Positions 50,811-63,245 of a stretch of 64,000 nucleotides of DNA are shown here, piece after piece. This DNA is from Camelus ferus (Eukaryota). Under the pieces are notes generated by a model. It saw only the letters and a list, made by a program, of their open reading frames with translations. It searched no databases and was not told the DNA's origin. The first letter of the stretch is position 1. Each line of letters opens with the position of its first letter. Made by a program: the position numbers and the translations under genes. The DNA lies in the NCBI RefSeq assembly GCF_009834535.1, contig NC_045697.1, positions 69,442,001-69,506,000 on the forward strand. Reading direction: 5' to 3'.

Positions 50811-52720
50811 CGTAAACATTTCAGAGACTTCAGTTCCTGGTGTCTAACATTCACTTTAAATTGCATGCCTTCTTATCACACCTAAAGTTTGCCACTTGCT
50901 ATCTTAGTAGCCACCCAGAGGAACAACAGAAATAGGAGACGTGGTCCTTGGCATCAAGGATCATACAAGGAGCTGAGAAAGCAAAATATACAACAGTGAA
51001 ATGCCATAGTGATAATTACACAGCAATGCCTGGAAGATCACAAGAAAAGACAAAATGCCTACATTTTCCTAGGGTTCATAATACAAAGAAGTGCTAGAAC
51101 TCACTCCCAGCCCATCCGAAGACATTCTGTGAAATAGGAGGGGGAACACGACGTTCCGTCTCATAGCTGATGCTTGGACAAGTACGTGTGAGCTGGAATT
51201 TCAGCCCCACCAGCCCTCATTGTGCAATGAAACTACAGAAACAGCCACAGTGACTCTGATCTGAGTGGATACAGAGATAATTGGGAAAGACTTCCAGCAT
51301 CCTGAGCTCTGCTTCATGAATATGGGCTGTCCTCACATCCAAAGAAAAGAAAGTAACTTCTGCATTCATTTTCAGAAAGAGCTTCAAAGAATCTCAAGCC
51401 TGGTATATTTTTGGAAGTTCATATCCAGCTTGATTAAACTTTGCTTTGCCTTTCTGTTTCAAACAATCTTATGGGAATGTTTTATATTTCATCTTTAAAT
51501 TTCATCTTTTTAGGAGAAAGTGTGGAGGTAGGTATTTAAATGAAAGAGAAAATATGAAAATTTGTACTTTTTAATTAGTACTGAATATTAAATAGCACAA
51601 AGAATATTTTAATAAGCAATGACTCTCAGGAATGATCTTTAAAGGAGTCTTTTTTCCCATCATTCCTATTGAACACAGTCATGAATACAGGCAAACATAT
51701 TCCATTTGTGCTAATACAAATATTAATAAATATAAATAAAATTTGGCAGCATGATTTTTCTTTTAATAAGTCATCAATTTGCCATATTGGGAGTTAACAG
51801 CTCCTGCCGTTTAAAAACATCATTAATTTTTTCAAAGAGTATTGAAATTTTAATTTTTAAACTAAGGGACAATGATATTGTTTGCATCCTAAAGAAAATA
51901 ACAATTTAAAATAATTATTCTAATTGTGCCCTCAAAATCCCTGTTTGTTAATTATAAAATTGTTTATGTACACTATAGTGTTGTGTTCAAAGACACAAAA
52001 AAATGAAGAAAACTTTAAAATTCATAGGTCACTTGCCTAGAAATAAATAATGCTAACATTTTTGTTTTCCTTCTGGTCTATCTTTTCTGCATGAAGAGGC
52101 ACACCCAGTCAATAACTTTTACATTACACTGAATTAAAAGTTTTGAATCTTTTCTTTTATTTAACCTATTATTAAAGATCTTTCAAATACCTTATTTGAT
52201 ATCTACCATAATTATTTATCCGTTATTGTGCTGGCCAGCCTCCAGGATGGTCCCCAATGATCATGGCCTCCTGGTATTCATGACCCTGTGCAGGACCATC
52301 CCACACTGGTGACTGGTGTAACTCATAAGATATTCAGAAATAACAATGTGACTTCCAAGGCTATGTCATAAAAGACATTGCAGCTTTCATCTTTTTTGGA
52401 TTACTCTCTATAGGAGAAGACGAGGACTTGAGGACTCCAGCATCCCTAAAGAGAGATAGGGTCGGAGAGAGAGAGGTCCACATGGTAAGGAATTGAGGTC
52501 TCCTACCAATAACCAGCACCAACTTGCCAGGTATTTGAGTTTGTGAGCAAGGAAGTAGATCCTCCCACTCAGCCAAATTCTCAAGTCACTGCAGCCCTGG
52601 TCCACACCACAGCCTCATGAGAGACTCAGAGACAGAACCACCAAGCTAATCTGCTCCTGGGTTTCTGACCCACAGAAATTATGTGAGTTAATAAATATTT
52701 ATTGTTTTAAATATCTAAAT

Positions 52721-52859
52721 ATTTTATTTATTTGTTGTATTATTTTATTATTGGGGGGGCGGATTAAGTTTATTCCTTTTTAATGCAGGTACTAGGGATT
52801 GAACCCAGGACCTGCTGCATGCTAAGAATGTGTTCCACCACTTGAGCTATACCCTCCCC
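52721..52859 (-). mobile_element. Camelid SINE inserted in the 5' MLT1 LTR
   Basis: 18-bp TSD TGTTTTAAATA(T/C)CTAAAT at 52703-52720 and 52860-52877. Confidence 0.92.
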
Positions 52860-53037
52860 TGTTTTAAATACCTAAATTTTTGAATAACATGTTGCACATA
52901 GATAAATAATAATAATTTTGGTGCCAGAAGTGGGGCACTACCATAACAAAGAATCTAAACTGCGAGGGTGCCTTCATGACAGGAAAGACTGAGAAGTAAA
53001 AGCATATGGTGCACTGAAGAAACTTAGCAGAAGTCTG

Positions 53038-53472
53038 GTGACCTTCAAGGATGCTACTGGTAAAGACTTGGAGGAAAATCTGGGAAGTATTACTGGGAAC
53101 TTAGAATATGAGAGATTCTTGTTAGATATGATAAAGAATTTAGCAACACTATCACATGCAAAAATATGGGGGTGGGGAGAAAATATATCTAATGAAATAA
53201 GTGTTCTGGCTAAGGAGATTCCCAGGCAGAGAGCTGCAAGGGCTGCTTGGTTTCTTCTTACAGCAAAATGGGAGAGGAGAGATAAGCTAAAGGAAGAACC
53301 GTTAAATAAAAAGGAGTCAAGACTTTCTGCTTCTGAAATTTTCCAGATGACAGAAAATGGTAAAATTGTAAAATGGCTTCCAGGCAAAGATCAAATCCAG
53401 CGCTTTTCCAAGAAAACATGGTCTAAAGATGAAGCTGAGGTTGTGACTGTAAAATCCTATTTTAATGATTAA
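53038..53472 (+). pseudogene. MaLR internal gag-derived ORF remnant (144 aa open frame)
   Basis: LAKEIPRQRAARAAWFLLTA..RDKLK resembles the MaLR-int LAxEISKQ..AAWxLLTA motif. Confidence 0.6.
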
Positions 53473-55589
53473 GAAAAATCTCAGGGAGTACTTCAGAGAA
53501 CTCCAGGGCTTCTGAGAAGCTTACTGGCATTGTCCCTCAACAGTCTCAACAAAAGCCCAAGGTAGGAAAAAGCTTATCTTGAAGAGATTTGTGGTGTGGC
53601 TTTTGTCTAACAGAATGAAATCCACCTACTGCCCTGTTGCAGGTGACCTGTAAATTTTTTTTAAATTAATATTGGCAGAAGCACTGTCAGATTGGACTGA
53701 GTGGACAGAAACCATACAAAGTGAAAAGAGACTTTCAGACTCCCAAACTCTCATAGGCAGGAAGCAGGCTGAGACTCTCTCTAGCTGCAAATCATGGAGC
53801 AGGAAGGAAGAATCAGAGGGCAGAACCAAGAGCTCAGAGGGTAGGGCCACGAGCCACAGAGAATCATTCTCAGGGAAGAGTAGACCGGAGCCCTAATTAA
53901 GGAACCTTCAGTATTTGCGTGGCTGGGTTTTAGAATTCCTATGAAGCGGTGACCTCTGTATGCCTCCTCTTCTCCCCCATTTTGAATAGGAATATCTACA
54001 GCAGTTATTTTAAGGCTGTCCCACCAGCATATGTTGGGTGTGGAAAGGGGCAGACAACTTGTTTCTGTAATTCACAGGTTTTCGGATTGAAAGAAACTAC
54101 ACTTGAACTGTGCCTGGAACTACATACTGAAGAAACTGTACCGTAAGAGCTTCATCTGCGCCTGCACCTGTCTTAGCTGGTCGAGGTTCTGGACTTAGAA
54201 CAGATGCTGAAACAGGATGAATCTTTTCAGGGCCTTGTGAAAGGTGACTGTATTTTGCATGCATGAGAGATATGAATCACTGGGGGCCAGAGTACAGACT
54301 ACAGTAACCAGCCTCCCCAACGACCCCCAGGAATTCTTGTCTCCTGGTATTCATGACTCTATTTAGCCCCCCACCAAAATGGATAGGGCCGATTCGTGCA
54401 ATGTATAGGATATTATAAAATAACAGAGTGCAACTTGATAAAAGACATTGCAGTTTCCACTTTGCTCTCTTGGATCACTCACTGTGGGAGAAGCCAGCTG
54501 CCATGTCACAAGAGGACACTCCAGTCCTATGGAGAGGTCCACGGGGTGAGGAATTGAGACCTTCAGCCAACAGTTAGCACTAACTCAGCAAGCATGCCTG
54601 TGAGCCACATTGGAAGCAGAACCTCCAGCCTCAGACAAGCATTCAGATGACCACAACCCTGGGCAGCATCTTGACTGAAGCCTCATGATACATCCTGGAG
54701 CAAAACCATCCAGCTAAGATGTCCCTGGGTTCCTTATCCACAGAAATTGTGTGAGATAATAAATATTTATTGTTTTAAGCCACTGAATTTTGGGGTAATT
54801 TGTTACATATGAATAGCTAAATAATACAGCTTTAGTTCATCATAAGAACAGACCAAAATTCAGTGTTGATAATTTAGATTTCTTCTAACTTTTCATCGTT
54901 ATAAATACTATTACTATGAAGAACCAGATAAACAATAAATCGTCTGAATCTCTAAGTATGTCTCTAGACTAAATTCTTAGACACAAAATTACTAGATATG
55001 AACAATGGATGTTTACAGCTGCATTTTACAGGAGTATGCATTTTACTGCAGCCTCAGCTATGCTTTTAAAAACCACAAGACAAGGATACCTACTATCACT
55101 ATTATTTAACACTGTACTGCAATAAACACACTTAGGAAAGAAATGAAATTAAAAGTATAAAAGTTAGAAAGGAGAAACTTAAACCTCCACTATGTCCTTT
55201 CAATATGATGAATATTTGGAAAACACAACAGAAACACTGAAAAGCTATTATAAATGATAAGAGAACCCAGAAAGGTAACAAGAGGCCAAAGAACCACCTG
55301 GCAACGCAAGATGCATTCAGGACACTTTAAGCAGAGTTCTGACCAAGTGTGTTCGCAGGCACCCATAGGAGGACAAGTAGAAAAGCTTCGGGACTGTATT
55401 CTGCTGGATTCTTCTCATGCAGCAGACAAGTTACACGACACATCCCGCCACGTTAGCTGTCTAACACTTGAACATCACAGGTATACCGCTCACGTGTGCG
55501 CACGTGCACTTGCAGTCCCTAAATGTTGTGAGGGGACGTTGTTGCTGATTTTGAAACCACAACTTGCAGGAGGGAAATAAGGAAGCCCA

Positions 55590-56399
55590 GGGTGAGGAAA
55601 GCAGCCTGTGGACTGAACGGCCGCACTCCTGACCGCTGTCCCTGGAGCGTCCCCTACGCCTTCAGATAGCCTTCGCTGAGGCTGCTCAGCCAGGCCGCCG
55701 GCGTTTAGCATCCTGCTCCCGTAGCCCCTGCGGAGTCACTCTCCCCTCCTGGCAAACTCCTCCTCCTGAGAATTCCTGCTCAGCTCCTGTCCTGAAAGGT
55801 GTGTTCAAGCCCCAGAAGCCTAACGAGGCCGTCGCTGCTAACGCTCAACTACCCGTGGTTATGGGTCTCAGGAGCGGGCCGGGGTCTTGATGCTGAACCA
55901 CGAACTAGATTCCGGCCCTGAGATTCACCCTTCTTCTCCAGATCAACAAACAAGGGACAGAGTTAGTCAGGACGTGCTGCCTTGCTCACCGCTGCACACT
56001 CCTGAAGAAGACATCAATGACTGTCCCTTTTGGATAAAAATGAGAACGGGAATAAGGAGGAAGAAAGGGGCCAACGACTGAACAGCAAATCTCCGGAGCG
56101 ACGAGGACTGAATGTGATCTCACTTGGTACTTTAGACTCCACCTCCGGGCTCAGCGTCCCGGCAGGAATGTTTTATACACAGGTGACCTTCCTTCCAAGT
56201 CTGACCGATATTCCTAAGGCTAGAGTGTGCTGAAGCATAGGAAGAGACCGGGGGTTCATTCCCGCTGCCTTCTCAGACCTCAGAGCTCAGTGTGCCTGCG
56301 CTAAGAGGAGCCGCCGCATCTCCCCACCCTCCTCCGCAGCGTCGGGGTGGGGCACGCAGCAAAGAGGGAGGGGTATGTGAGCGGTGCATGAGCATGCGT

Positions 56400-56400
<1 letters not shown>
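55590..56400. promoter_or_regulatory. CpG-enriched, GC-rich unique region; candidate promoter/enhancer
   Basis: Visibly more CpG than flanks; minus-strand TATAAAA at 56177-56171; PU.1-type AAAGAGGAAGTG nearby at 56485-56496. Confidence 0.4.

Positions 56401-56442
<42 letters not shown>
56401..56442. repeat. (CA)21 microsatellite
   Basis: Directly visible. Confidence 0.95.
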
Positions 56443-56446
<4 letters not shown>

Positions 56447-57749
56447 ATACACACATACGCAAATACACGCACATGTACACACACAAAGAGGAAGTGGCTC
56501 TCCATAGGCCAGGAGACAAGCTGCCAGAAGCCAGGATGAGACTTCTGCAGCAATGCGTGAGCTCTCTCTAAGGTGAACCACAGAGCTCATAGCCTCTAAT
56601 TTCAGGAAGTAAGGGTGGGGCTTCTGAGAACCTTTGATTCTTAGCTTGAAGACCATGCATGGCTGACGCACACACCCTGTTCACTTACATTAAACTGCAG
56701 CCTAGGCCTATGGAGTACAGAGCAAGTGATTTTTAAATGCTTAGAAAAAGAGAAAATATGTGAAAGTCATCCTCCGCGTTCATTCGCCTATGAAGCTATT
56801 AAAATATCACATCCCAGCGTCTCCAGAGTATCATTTTTCCATCAGATTTCACAGCACCTTATGGCCTCTCCATTTACCCTATGAGATATTAAGGAATTCA
56901 CAAAACAGATTTACAATTAATTTTATTTCAAATGAATATACAGCAGATCACATCTGGCGAGTCAGAGGGAAGAAATCTGAAATAAAATAAAAATCAAATG
57001 TTGTGAACTAAAAAATAGTGAAACTCACGGCTCTCTAGACAAAACTGGCATGTGAAATAGATATAGAGCAGAACAGTGCATCGCTGTCCTTCTTGAACGT
57101 CAGAGACGTTTATAATTCTCCATTTCGGGTTTTAACCTTGATTCATACTGAATTTCAAAAGCACAGTCTCAGTCCACAATCCAGTTGGGTTCAACCTGTC
57201 CTGTGTGCTTGGGACTGAGCTAGGCACTGGTGATACAGAGAATAATAACACACATCTGCCCAGGGAAGAGTTGAGAAGATGACATTCTTGCTATTTTGCT
57301 AATGAAAAGAAGTAACGAACCAAGTCAGTGCAGCAAACATTTTGGAGAGCTGACTGCAAGGTTATTGTTCAAGCCCCAATAACTCCCCAAATAATGCCAG
57401 GCCACAAGTGACTTTCTAAAGCCACATTACATATTGACTTTGTAACACATAATGTGCATCTGGGCACAGCAGATTTACTTCCCTAATTATGTTTTGCTGG
57501 TGCTGATATTAAAATTAGCCTGTATTCCCTGATCACCTTCAGAGGAAGGAGTGTTTTCAGAAGCATGCTAGGCAACACGATAAAAAAGGATTGAAGACGC
57601 CCCAACCAAGCCACATGGCTCCTCTGTCCCATCCTCTGTTCCTCCCTCTCCATACATTTTTCCTTTCTTTCTTTTTGAGAAGTTATATGTGACTCCTCAG
57701 GAGTATGAAAACTATTGTAATCTCCATACAATAATGGGAGAAAAAAGAA

Positions 57750-57975
57750 GACACTTCTAAATTTATTGAGTCCCTAAGGGCTAGATATTGTACTAAGTGT
57801 GCTACATAATAATCTCTTTTAATCCTGCCTAGAGCCCTGTGAAGAAGGCATTGTTATCATCAGTTTAGAGATGAGGAAACTGAAGCACAGAAGTATTTAC
57901 GTAACTGATAAAAGATTGAACCAGAATTTGAATATGGTCCACCAACTTTAAGATCTATTCCTTTCCACTACCCTG
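57750..57975 (-). mobile_element. MIR SINE
   Basis: TTTAGAGATGAGGAAACTGAAGCACAGA; CCAGAATTTGAA; CTTTCCACTAC. Confidence 0.7.
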
Positions 57976-58009
57976 TATACTCTAAGCTTTAATATCCCAA
58001 TTTACCAAC

Positions 58010-58710
58010 AGCTCAATAAAGAAATAGGCAAAGAAGAAGACCAACAGTTTGCAGAGAAGGCTCTTAAACGCATTTTTTAAGATGTTCAATTATACTCATA
58101 ATAAGAGAAATACAAAGTAAAACTTTACCCATCAAAATAGCAGAGCTGATGAACACCTGGTATTACACTGTGCTGGTGGAGGTGGGGGAAACAGGCTTGC
58201 TCAAACATACACTGCTGGCAAGAGTAAAAACTGATGTAACAGCTCTGGAGGGCACTTTGGCAATTCCCATCAGAATTACTCTTCATGACTTCATCCTTCA
58301 GGTCAACTCGAATTTGCGAGAAATGATATATTCACAAGATTATTCACTGCAACACTGTCTACAATTGCAACTGATGGAAACAACTTGATGTTCAGTAATG
58401 GGAGACATAAATTATGTTCATCTATAAAAAGAATCATATACAACCACAAAAAATGAGGATTATTGTGGATATAATTTGCTAAGTGATAAAAAGAAGATAC
58501 AGAACAGCAAGTGCTCTGTGCTTCAATTTGTGTGAAGGGGAAAATATACACAAGTCTTTGTATATAACTAGACTATTAAGACATTAGTAGCACTGATTGC
58601 CTCCAAATAGGCATGGGGGTGGGGGCAGGGAGGACAGGAGAATTGTTGCTGTTCACCCTTTGTGTCATTTGAATTTTGAACCATATTAATGCATAACCTA
58701 TTTCTTTAAA
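58010..58710 (+). mobile_element. Old L1ME-like 3' fragment
   Basis: AAATAGGCAAAG, ATAAGAGAAATACAAAGTAAAAC, TCTGGAGGGCACTTTGGCAAT, TTTGAATTTTGAACCAT. Confidence 0.65.
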
Positions 58711-59117
58711 GAGAAACTTATTTTTTAAAGTATTTTTTAAGTAAAAAGTTAAAAAGTGTACCAATTAATTGCCTTTAAGAAAATGATATTTCACTACTGA
58801 ATAATAAAGGGAGGGCAATGACACTTCACTGGGTTGAATCTGAAAGTTGTACAAATTGATACAAAACCTCCACCAGCTCGAGTTCTCTTTGACCATTCAT
58901 GTCTTTGGAACTACTTCTTCCTTAAATTGTTGTTTAAAGCTATGACTTGAACTCTTTAGTGTTCTTCCTTCTCTTTGTTACAATAATATTATAACAATGA
59001 TGAGAACAATTTATGGAAGGGTTGCTATTTGTTAAACTCCGGAGCTGAGAGCTGTGGTTATATTGTCTCATTTATTCTTCCTGATAACCTTATGCTGTGG
59101 GGCCATCAACCCCATTT

Positions 59118-59165
59118 TTTAAATTGAACTATAGTTGATTTATAATATTATGTTAGTTCAGGGGT
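59118..59165 (-). mobile_element. ~48-bp L1 3' tip inserted into a MIR
   Basis: ATTGAACTATAGTTGATTTATAATATTATGTTAGTTCAGG; TSD TCAA(C/T)CCCATTT at 59106-59117 and 59166-59177. Confidence 0.75.
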
Positions 59166-59366
59166 TCAATCCCATTTGAAAAGTGAGAAAGCAGAGACTC
59201 AGACAAATTAGTATTTTTATTGTAATTGATTTTTAGATACTATGAAGCAACTGTTTTCTAATGTATATGGTTTTGAGAGGAAAGAGAAATTTAAAAAAAG
59301 AAAAGACCTTTGAAAGTCCACCATGCCACACAGAAAATAAAGATGCTGACACAAACCTTATTCCAC

Positions 59367-60487
59367 TGAGACCTAATTAAACTTACAAGATTTTGCACAG
59401 CAAAAGAAACCATAAGCAAAACAAAATGACAACTTAGGGAATGGAGAAAATATTTGCAAAAGATGAAACTGACATGGGCTTAATTTCGAGAATATATAAA
59501 CAGCTCATACAACTCAGTAATAAAAGACAAACTACCTAATCCAAAATTGGGCAGAAGACCTAAACAAGCAATTCTCCAGTGAAGACATACAAATGGCCAA
59601 TAGGCACATGAAAAAATGCTCAATATCACTAGTTACTAGGGAAATGCAATCAAAAACTACAACGAGGTATCACCTCACACCAGTCAGAATGGCCATCATT
59701 CAAAAATCCACAAACAATATATGCTAGAGAGGGTGTAGAGAAAAGAGGACCCTCCTCCTACACTGTTTGTGAGAATGTTTGGTGCAGTCATCAGGGAAAA
59801 CAGTATGGAAATTCCTCAAAAGACTAAAAATAGACTTACTGTATGATCCAGCAATCCCACTCCTGGGCATATATCCAGAGGGAACTTTGATTCAAAAAGA
59901 CACGTGCACTCCAATGTTCATAGCAGCACTATTTACAATAGCCAGGACATGGAAACAACCTAAATGTCCATCAACAGATGACTGGATAAAGAAGTTGTGG
60001 TGAATTTATACAATGGAATACTACTCAGCCATTAAAAATAATGCCATTTGCAGTAACATGGATGGAACTGGAGATTGTCATTCTAAGTGAAGTAAGCCAG
60101 AAAGAGAAAGAAAAATACCATATGATATCATTCATATGTGGAATCTAAAAAAAAAAAAAAAAGACAAATGAACTTATTTACAAAATAGAAACAGACTCAC
60201 GGACATAGAAAACAAACTTATGGTTCACAGGCAGGAAACAGTGTGGGAAGGGATAAATTAGGAGTTCAAGATTTGCAGATACTAACTATTATATTTAAAA
60301 GAGACAAACAAGTTCATACTGTATAGCACAGGAAACTATATTCAATGTCTTATAGTAACCTATAATGAAAAAGAATAGGAAAATGAATATATGTGTGTAT
60401 ATGTATGACTGAAACATTATGCTGTACACCAGAAATTGACACAACATTGTAAACTGACTATACTTCAGTTAAAAAAAGAAGAAACCC
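59367..60487 (+). mobile_element. Camelid 5'-truncated L1 with TSD
   Basis: ORF 59779-60003 ([21 protein letters not shown]); complete 3'UTR; TSD CAAACCT(T)ATTCCAC at 59352-59366 and 60488-60501. Confidence 0.95.
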
Positions 60488-61409
60488 CAAACCTATTCCA
60501 CAAAGTATATTCTATTTACTCCAGAGATACCACTCTTACATTCAAGTGTTCCTCAGAAAAAATAGCCCATGAGTTAAATGAGAGATTCTAATAATTTAAA
60601 AGATGAAAACTTCCATAAAACTACAGCAGCCAGAAGCTCCTCTCCCCATTCCTGTCAGTTTCTCAGCTGCGATGTGTACGAAGCAAATGCTCTTTGGATG
60701 CAAAGAGAACCAACTTTTTTTTCACCACTCAATGATAAAAATCACAAAGTCCATCCCTTTACCAGCCCTTGCATTGGCCTCAAGCATCTTCTCACAAGTT
60801 ATAGAGTCCAGGATGAAAGCGCAACATGTTCAAAGGTATATCGGAAACTCTCCACTAAAATATAATTGATATTTTATTATTGAAGTAAAGACAGCAAAAT
60901 AAACCACGTAGCCTTGGACTTTTCCCCCATCGCTCTGTAGGAGGCCTGAACTGAAGTTATGGTGCTTGCAAACAACACTTAGAAAACTGACCTTTGATTC
61001 CCTGTTGCCTCAGTTGGATATCTTAATCAGCCCATGTTCCCCGACCTCCTCTCTCTCAGCCATGAAGTGCATCATACCTCACTAAGGAGCTCCCAAGAGA
61101 AGGGGCACTGTGTTTTCATTCAAAAAGGAGGGAGCTTGAAAACAGTTTTCCCATAAAGTCACCATTTGGGGCTCATCGTGAGTTTTCAGTGCCCTATGAG
61201 GATGGCATCTGAACTCAGACTTCTTGATGATAATACCTCCTTGTTGATAGTGGTGAACTGGAGTGACTGAGCTGCTCCTCCAAGGGCAGCGATGGCATGT
61301 GGACACAGGAAAAGGGCATCATGAAAATCATTGTCTTTTACTTTGGGTTTTGGTGGATATGGACTTTGTTTATCACTTCCACAGATTCAATCCAGTGGGC
61401 CATATTATA

Positions 61410-61960
61410 ACTGTCACCCATTTATGGCAAGGTATTGTCCTGGGCACTGAGGACACAGGCAAATACAAAACCAAGTCCTGCCCCTGGGAGTTTAATATGC
61501 TACTGGAGGATACAGGAAATATACAGGTAATTTCATATAATATGCTGGATAAGTGACATATGACATGGAAAAAAATCAAACCAAGTAAGGGAGTAGAAAC
61601 CAACAAGCAGTATATTCTCACTAGAATGGCCAGGGATGGCGTCTGAGAGGGGGCCACTTCCGAAGAGATCTGAATGAAGACTGAGGTTATCCAGGGGGAG
61701 GGGCCAGCACAGAGGGAACAGCAAGTTCAAGGCCCTGACATGGAAGTCAGTTTGACAGAAATAGTGGAGGCTTGTGCAAGAACGGAAGGAAGTAAAGAGG
61801 AGAGTGGAAGAAAAAGGGGTCAGAAAAATAGCAGAGATTCCTGAAGGGCCTCCTGGGCCATGATAAGGACTGTGGACACTGGGAAGCCACTGAAAGGCTT
61901 TGAGCAGATGAATGACATGATCTGATCTACATTTTAAAATGACATTTTTTGTGGCCAAAA
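61410..61960 (-). mobile_element. L2 LINE fragment
   Basis: CAAGTCCTGCCCCTGGGAGTTTA, GGGAACAGCAAGTTCAAGGCCCTGA, GACATGATCTGATCTACATTTTAAAA. Confidence 0.8.
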
Positions 61961-62168
61961 TACCAAAATACTATTGTATTTATAGATTAAAAACTGTGTG
62001 TAAAGTCTTTACTATGTCTCCTACTCTTCAAGATAATATTCAGAAAAAGATAAATACTGTATGATATCACTTATATGTGGAATTTTAAAAATATAACTAG
62101 TGAATGTAACAACAACAACAAAATGATGTGGCCAAATATTTGGACTTAGACATTTCAATGTTCTTGGG

Positions 62169-62315
62169 CTTTTTTAAAAATTTATTTTCATTTTATATTT
62201 TTCATAGGGGGGAGGGTTTACTTTTATTTATTTTTAGAGGAGGTACTGGGGATTGAACCTAGGACCTTGCGTATACTAAGCATGCACTCTACTACTTGAG
62301 CTATAGCCTCCCCCC
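62169..62315 (-). mobile_element. Camelid tRNA-Ala-derived SINE (Vic-1-like)
   Basis: GGAGGTACTGGGGATTGAACCTAGGACCTTG...GAGCTATAGCCTCCCCC. Confidence 0.88.
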
Positions 62316-62611
62316 TTTTGATTTTTAATTTAACTCTTTTCACAGTCATGTTGAGAGTAAAAAATAATCATTTCTGTTCATCTTCCTTTTCAAGTGTTTC
62401 TGGATAAGGGATTCAAAAAACTAAAACTGTTTTTGTTTATAATATAAAATATGGAATTGATCTTTCCAGGGTCAGAGAGGATTAATGTTTTTGCTATATA
62501 CTTTTATACATTCTTTCCTTTCTTTTTTTTTAAAGTGACTTCCATAAGTAAGCCTTTGTGCTAAGGTATAGATACTCTCTTCCCATCTCCCTACCCTTGC
62601 CTGGATCTAAG

Positions 62612-63041
62612 GTTTTTATTTATTTTATTATTTACTTTATTTTATTTTTTATTGAAGTGTAGTTGAGTTACAATGTTAGTTTCAGATGTACAGCAAAGCA
62701 ATTCAATTATACATATACATACTTTTCCATCATATGTTATTATAAGAAATTGAATATAGTTCCCTGTGCTATACAGTAGGGCCTTGTTTATCTATTTTAC
62801 ATATAGTAGTTAGTATCTGCAAATTCCGAACTCCCAATTTACCTCTCCCCACCCCCTTTACCCGCTAGTAGCCATAAGTTTGTTTTCTATGTCTGTAAGT
62901 CTATCTCTGTTTTGTAAATAAGTTCATTTGTGTCTTTTTTTTTAGATTCCACATATAAGTGATATCATATGGTATTTTTCTTTCTCTTTCTGACTTACTT
63001 CACTTAGAATGATAATCTCCAGGTCCATCCATGTTGCTGCA
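62612..63041 (-). mobile_element. L1 3' end (~430 bp)
   Basis: 3'UTR and A-rich tail; 5' end at TGCAGCAACATGGATGGACC. Confidence 0.9.
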
Positions 63042-63044
63042 CAT

Positions 63045-63245
63045 TACTGTGGTCCTATCTTGAGGTAACTGCAGCCCTGACCAACAGCTGGGCTGTAACT
63101 TTACAGGAGACTTCGAGCCAGAGGCATCCAGAGAAGTAGCTCTCAGTTTCGTTACTCCCAACAACTGGGTAACAATGTATATTCGCTGTTTTAAAGTCAT
63201 TATGTTTTGGGACAATTTGTTACATGGCAACAGATAACTTATACA
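63045..63245 (+). mobile_element. MaLR LTR 3' half (MLT1E/F-like)
   Basis: ACTGCAGCCCTGACCAACAGC..TGTTTTAAAG..AATTTGTTACATGGCAACAGATAACTTATACA. Confidence 0.7.

Larger units (their letters stand above)
52227..54828 (+). mobile_element. Two-LTR MaLR element (MLT1F-like LTR - internal - LTR)
   Basis: 5' LTR about 52227-52913, internal region starting ATTTTGGTGCCAGAAGTGGGG, purine tract near 54282, 3' LTR about 54300-54828; LTRs share ATAAAAGACATTGCAG and GAGAGGTCCAC..GGAATTGAG. Confidence 0.9.

Noticed and set aside
56878..56976. Minus-strand acceptor/donor pair
   Set aside because: Stops in all frames, weak donor, and the nearest upstream donor would give only a ~52-nt intron
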